DNA of 64,000 nucleotides. Origin: Phycisphaerales bacterium (GTDB lineage: Bacteria; Planctomycetota; Phycisphaerae; WQYP01). The notes beneath the pieces are model-generated. The model was not told the origin of the DNA and ran no database searches. It was given only the letters and a program-made list of their open reading frames with translations. The stretch lies in NCBI GenBank assembly GCA_027451365.1, contig DAIDJN010000056.1:32001-96000 (forward strand), in the 5' to 3' direction. Shown piece after piece: positions 60,214 through 64,000 of the stretch. The position numbers and the translations under genes were made by a program. Numbering within the stretch: the first letter of the stretch is position 1; each line of letters opens with the position of its first letter.

Positions 60214-61240
60214 GCTTGGTTATCCGTTCTTCCAGTTGACGCACGGTTTGGAGCATCGCGGGCAACCGGTGCGTGGCTCGCAATTCGCTGAAAAATTCTT
60301 TGCCGGGCCGTGCCGGGCTGCCGACCACTCGACTACCAGATGGCAGATCATTGACCACTGCGGCATGGCCCGCAACCTGCACACCCTGCCCAAGGGTCTG
60401 ATGATCGGAAATCATCGCGCCGCCGCCAACGACCAGGTAATCTCCGGCCTGCACTGACCCGCCGACGGCCACGTGGGCCACCAGCACGCAGTGGTTTCCA
60501 AGCGCAACATTATGGCCGACCTGAACCAGATTATCCAGTTTGCAGCCGTTGCCGATGAGCGTATTGGAGAATTTGCCCCGGTCCACAGTCGTATTGGCGC
60601 CTAATTCGCAATCATGGCCGATGCGTACGCCGCCAATCTGTGGGATTTTAATATGACGCCCCTGGTCGAAGCGGTATCCGAAGCCATCCGCCCCAATCAC
60701 GCAGCCGGGGTGAAGCACCACCCGGTCGCCAAGTTCACTGCCATCGCGCACCACAACTTGCGGCCAAAGGACACAATTTTCGCCAATTTTAACGCCCGGC
60801 CCGACATAACACTGCGCCATCAGAATCGAACCAATGCCAATTTCGGCGTCGGCATCAATCACGACCATTGGCCCGATGCACACGCCGCCGCCAATGCGCG
60901 CGGTTGGATGCACGCAGGCCGAAGGATGAATTCCCACTGGTGGAAATGGGGGCGGGGGAGCGAGTTTTTCAAGAATTTTAGCGACGGCCAGATCGGCATT
61001 TTCCACACGAATCAGCACTTGGTCGGGCCGAGGAGAAACCTCCAGGCCGGCGCGGCACAGTGCGCCGCCGGCGGAACTTTTGGCCAGTCGCGGCGCATAG
61101 ACGGCATGACCGATGAAAGTAAGCTGGGTTGGTCCGGCCCGGTCCAGAGTGTCCATACCGTCGAATTGGTAATCGGCGGCATCGGCTGTTTCCAGGCGGC
61201 CATCGCACCATTCGGCCGCCTGGCGGGCGCTGAACCTCAT
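60182..61240 (-). CDS. lpxD: UDP-3-O-acyl-glucosamine N-acyltransferase
   Basis: IGADGFGY, KIPQIG, VDRG, DNLVQVGHNV; AGGAG RBS. Confidence 0.95.
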   Translation of the reverse strand: MRFSARQAAEWCDGRLETADAADYQFDGMDTLDRAGPTQLTFIGHAVYAPRLAKSSAGGALCRAGLEVSPRPDQVLIRVENADLAVAKILEKLAPPPPFPPVGIHPSACVHPTARIGGGVCIGPMVVIDADAEIGIGSILMAQCYVGPGVKIGENCVLWPQVVVRDGSELGDRVVLHPGCVIGADGFGYRFDQGRHIKIPQIGGVRIGHDCELGANTTVDRGKFSNTLIGNGCKLDNLVQVGHNVALGNHCVLVAHVAVGGSVQAGDYLVVGGGAMISDHQTLGQGVQVAGHAAVVNDLPSGSRVVGSPARPGKEFFSELRATHRLPAMLQTVRQLEERITKLESSTKNDQP

Positions 61241-61286
61241 GCGGGGACTCCTGTGAATTGTGCATCCGCCGGCTTGGGCCGGTCGA

Positions 61287-61931
61287 TCACTGGCCATGCT
61301 TTTTCTGATATGCGCGGTTCATCAGGCGAACGATATTGTTGGTTATATCCAGCGAACCAGCGGCAAAAAGCACTTTCCTGGTGGCGACTTCAGCAATAAG
61401 CTGCGAACCTTTTTCAAAATTGTAATGCGGCGCATCGGCCGCCAGTACCAGCGAAATATGGTGGGCGTTGGCATATTCGGCGATGGCGTTGTTGATCTGG
61501 CGGTAGGTCTTTTCGCCATCCATGCGCTGCTGTTCGCGAAGGCGAAGTTGGTGATACTGCTGAAAAACCTGAAGCGCGACTGAAGCCTTCAGAAGTTTCT
61601 TGCGCTGGGCATTGTATTCTTCCGACCCAACTTTGAAAGAAATGGTGGAATCCGGATTCAGCGGTTCTTCAATGGAGCGGAGTTCCTTGCGTTTGGCTTT
61701 GATCTGGGCCTGCAGAGATTTAAGCTCCGTGGTGAATTTCCTGTGAATCGCCACTTCCTCGTCCAAGTGCTGGGTAATTTGCGCCAGGTCCACGGTGGCG
61801 ATCTGCGGGCCAGACCCCTGTGGGGCCGCGCCAGCGCCAACCGCTAAAGCGCCACCAAGGACCATGGCCACGCCCGCCATCAGAAGCGAACCGGTATTGA
61901 TTGTTCTTGAACCAATCGTCACGAATTTCAT
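61287..61931 (-). CDS. skp: OmpH/Skp periplasmic chaperone
   Basis: IATVD, coiled coil, VLFA...LDIT; located between bamA and lpxD. Confidence 0.85.
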   Translation of the reverse strand: MKFVTIGSRTINTGSLLMAGVAMVLGGALAVGAGAAPQGSGPQIATVDLAQITQHLDEEVAIHRKFTTELKSLQAQIKAKRKELRSIEEPLNPDSTISFKVGSEEYNAQRKKLLKASVALQVFQQYHQLRLREQQRMDGEKTYRQINNAIAEYANAHHISLVLAADAPHYNFEKGSQLIAEVATRKVLFAAGSLDITNNIVRLMNRAYQKKHGQ

Positions 61932-62062
61932 GGGGTAACTCCAAAAATCTGTCTATGCCGCGCCACCGAGCGCGGAAGCCGGATAACTTGTTTCGCGGCG
62001 GATTTTACCCGCCGTTTTCACCCCGTCAGCGGCCGCACGCGCGGCCCAGTTCTACGGGGCGA

Positions 62063-64000
62063 TTACATCGGCAGCCCAAAGGCGAAGCTGATGTATTCCA
62101 CATGGTCATTGTGGCCGCGCTGTATCGGATACGCAAGGTCTATGCCCAGCGGCAGGCGGCCAAGGAATGGAATGATCACGCGAACACCGACGCCGGCGTC
62201 AATGCGTATAATTCCAAGGTGCATATTCGGCTCGACATCGCCAGCATCAATAAAGGCGACGCCTCGCAGAATATTTTCGTAAATGGGCGTATTAATTTCG
62301 GCGGTTGATACGGTCATAAAGTTGCCGCCCACACCATCCAGCAGCACGCCAGAGCGGGGGGTTACGCCTTCATAAGTAAAACCGCGAAGGGATCCAATAC
62401 CGCCGGCGTAAAAGCGTTCAAAGAAAACCGAATTGCCGAGTGGAATGAATCCCAGTTGACTGCGGAACATGAAAATGGTTTTGCGGTTAAATAAATCGCG
62501 GTAGATGGTGCGGTAATATGTAAACGACGCGTTGATTTTGGAAAAGTCGTACTGCCCGCCCAGGGCACCATATTGCTCCCACGACGCACCGACATCAATT
62601 CCATGGGATGGGAAAATGGCGCTGTCCGTATTATTAAATTCGATACCCGGCGTGACACTGGTCAGCGGGTGAGTGCCCTGCTGGGCAACAATTTCCGGCG
62701 CGGCCACATCGGTCGGTCCGTAATTAATAATACTGTTGACGTTGACCTCTTCACCGCGAAGCGTCAAGGATACCGACAGGTGATTCGTAATCCGACGGCC
62801 GAAGGTGATGCGGTCGCCGAGGCGATTCAAATTATAGCTGTTGTAGGCCTCGGTAAAATAGTATGCGCTGTTGCGGAAGCTGTAGGGCGAATCCCACAGG
62901 TATGGTTCAGCGAAGGTGACTTTATACAACTGGTAAACGGTACCGGGTTCCAGCAGAATCTGGAAATACTGGCCGTTGCCCTTGAACGATTGTCCGCGGA
63001 GGAATTCGCCCAGCGAATGCGGCGGTGCGCCAATATCAAAATTGCGTTGCGAAAGGCTGATCTGCCCGATCAGGCCGGCATCGGTTGAAACGCCGGCCCC
63101 GATCAGGAAGCGGCCGGTCTGGCCCTGATCCAGATTCACCAGCGCGTCGCGGCTGTCGGGCTTATGGCCGATCGGCGTAATGGACGCATGCGAAAAGAGG
63201 CCCAAGTCCTGAAGATGTTTGACAGAGCGCCGCACGGCCACGGTATCGTAAAGATGGCCGGGATACAGGCGAATCGCCCGGCGAGCCACATGGTCCTGCA
63301 CGTCTGCATTGCCGCGGATGATGATCTGCCCGACGCGGAAGGATTTTCCTTCCATGACGTTAAACGTCAGGTTTACAACGCCCGGTCTGGCGGAAAAGGC
63401 ATACGTTGGTGTGACCTTGCTGTACACATAGCCGGCTTTGCCGTAGTCGTCAGCCAGAATTTTCTGGCCGGCCTGAATCAGTGACTGATCATAGTACATT
63501 CCTGATTTAATCTTGATTTTCGGCAGCAGCACAGTGGAAGGGAATACATGATTGCCCTTCACCGCGACCGCGCCAATGCGATATCGCACACCGGAATGGA
63601 TGATGAACTGCACGATCACACGGGAAAAGTCCGGTTTGTATTTAAGAATGTACGACGTGCGGCAGTCCAGGTAACCTTTTTTGATCCACAGGCGGCGCAA
63701 TTCGCCCAGGTCGGCATTAATGTCTGAATGGCTCAGGACGCCCTGGCGGATGGGGATAAGCCAGAAGAGTTTCCAGCGGGACTTGGTTTCCAGCTTAAAA
63801 TGCAGATACCATTCCGGGTAAAGGTTGTCTCCTACGAAGGTCACGTTGCTTATATAGGTTCGCGGACCTTCCACAATGTTGTATTCCACTGTGCCGGATG
63901 CCAGCAGTTTTTTATCCAGCACAACGGAGCAGAACTGAAAGCCACGGTCGTGGTAGAGCCGCCGGATAGCCTTGATATCCGTCCGGAAAATAAAAGGGTC
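62063..64000 (-). CDS. bamA: Outer membrane protein assembly factor BamA (5' end outside window)
   Basis: POTRA domains, ERFYAGGIGSLRGF, beta-barrel C-terminus; frame open to the window edge. Confidence 0.95.
   Translation of the reverse strand, partial: DPFIFRTDIKAIRRLYHDRGFQFCSVVLDKKLLASGTVEYNIVEGPRTYISNVTFVGDNLYPEWYLHFKLETKSRWKLFWLIPIRQGVLSHSDINADLGELRRLWIKKGYLDCRTSYILKYKPDFSRVIVQFIIHSGVRYRIGAVAVKGNHVFPSTVLLPKIKIKSGMYYDQSLIQAGQKILADDYGKAGYVYSKVTPTYAFSARPGVVNLTFNVMEGKSFRVGQIIIRGNADVQDHVARRAIRLYPGHLYDTVAVRRSVKHLQDLGLFSHASITPIGHKPDSRDALVNLDQGQTGRFLIGAGVSTDAGLIGQISLSQRNFDIGAPPHSLGEFLRGQSFKGNGQYFQILLEPGTVYQLYKVTFAEPYLWDSPYSFRNSAYYFTEAYNSYNLNRLGDRITFGRRITNHLSVSLTLRGEEVNVNSIINYGPTDVAAPEIVAQQGTHPLTSVTPGIEFNNTDSAIFPSHGIDVGASWEQYGALGGQYDFSKINASFTYYRTIYRDLFNRKTIFMFRSQLGFIPLGNSVFFERFYAGGIGSLRGFTYEGVTPRSGVLLDGVGGNFMTVSTAEINTPIYENILRGVAFIDAGDVEPNMHLGIIRIDAGVGVRVIIPFLGRLPLGIDLAYPIQRGHNDHVEYISFAFGLPM

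Overview
GC-rich bacterial chromosome segment, most consistent with a Phycisphaerae planctomycete, possibly from an acidic habitat. This is inferred from the prepilin/H-X9-DG proteins, the lpxC-fabZ fusion, very basic exported proteins and acidophile-type sulfur genes. Layout: (1) about 1.75-10.4 kb is an accessory island with non-coding tandem and inverted repeats and an array of three orphan Rhs C-terminal toxin modules with membrane-anchored immunity candidates; two modules share a fixed non-Rhs leader with a 55-nt invariant core. (2) Housekeeping block: MFS, hsp20-lon-lipB, lysA, CI/LexA-like repressor, IS66 tnpB remnant, bamD-lptE. (3) Pectin locus: CE8-GH28 fusion, GH28, CE8 and uronate isomerase, with two paralogous prepilin-type genes. 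(4) FIST-histidine kinase-REC/PAS/GGDEF/EAL operon, MarR-DHA2, mqnA, tRNA-Leu(TAA). (5) Two-gene putative thiosulfate-oxidation module: a Tat-exported Acidithiobacillus-type protein plus a ModA-like binding protein fused to a TsdA-type diheme cytochrome c. (6) SWIM-SNF2 helicase, a pilin with a large insert, a Fic pseudogene. (7) bamA-skp-lpxD-lpxC/fabZ-lpxA-gnnA-like operon. The best candidates for undescribed biology are the SBP-TsdA fusion module and the leader-linked Rhs cassette array. All calls come from reading motifs by eye; no searches were run.
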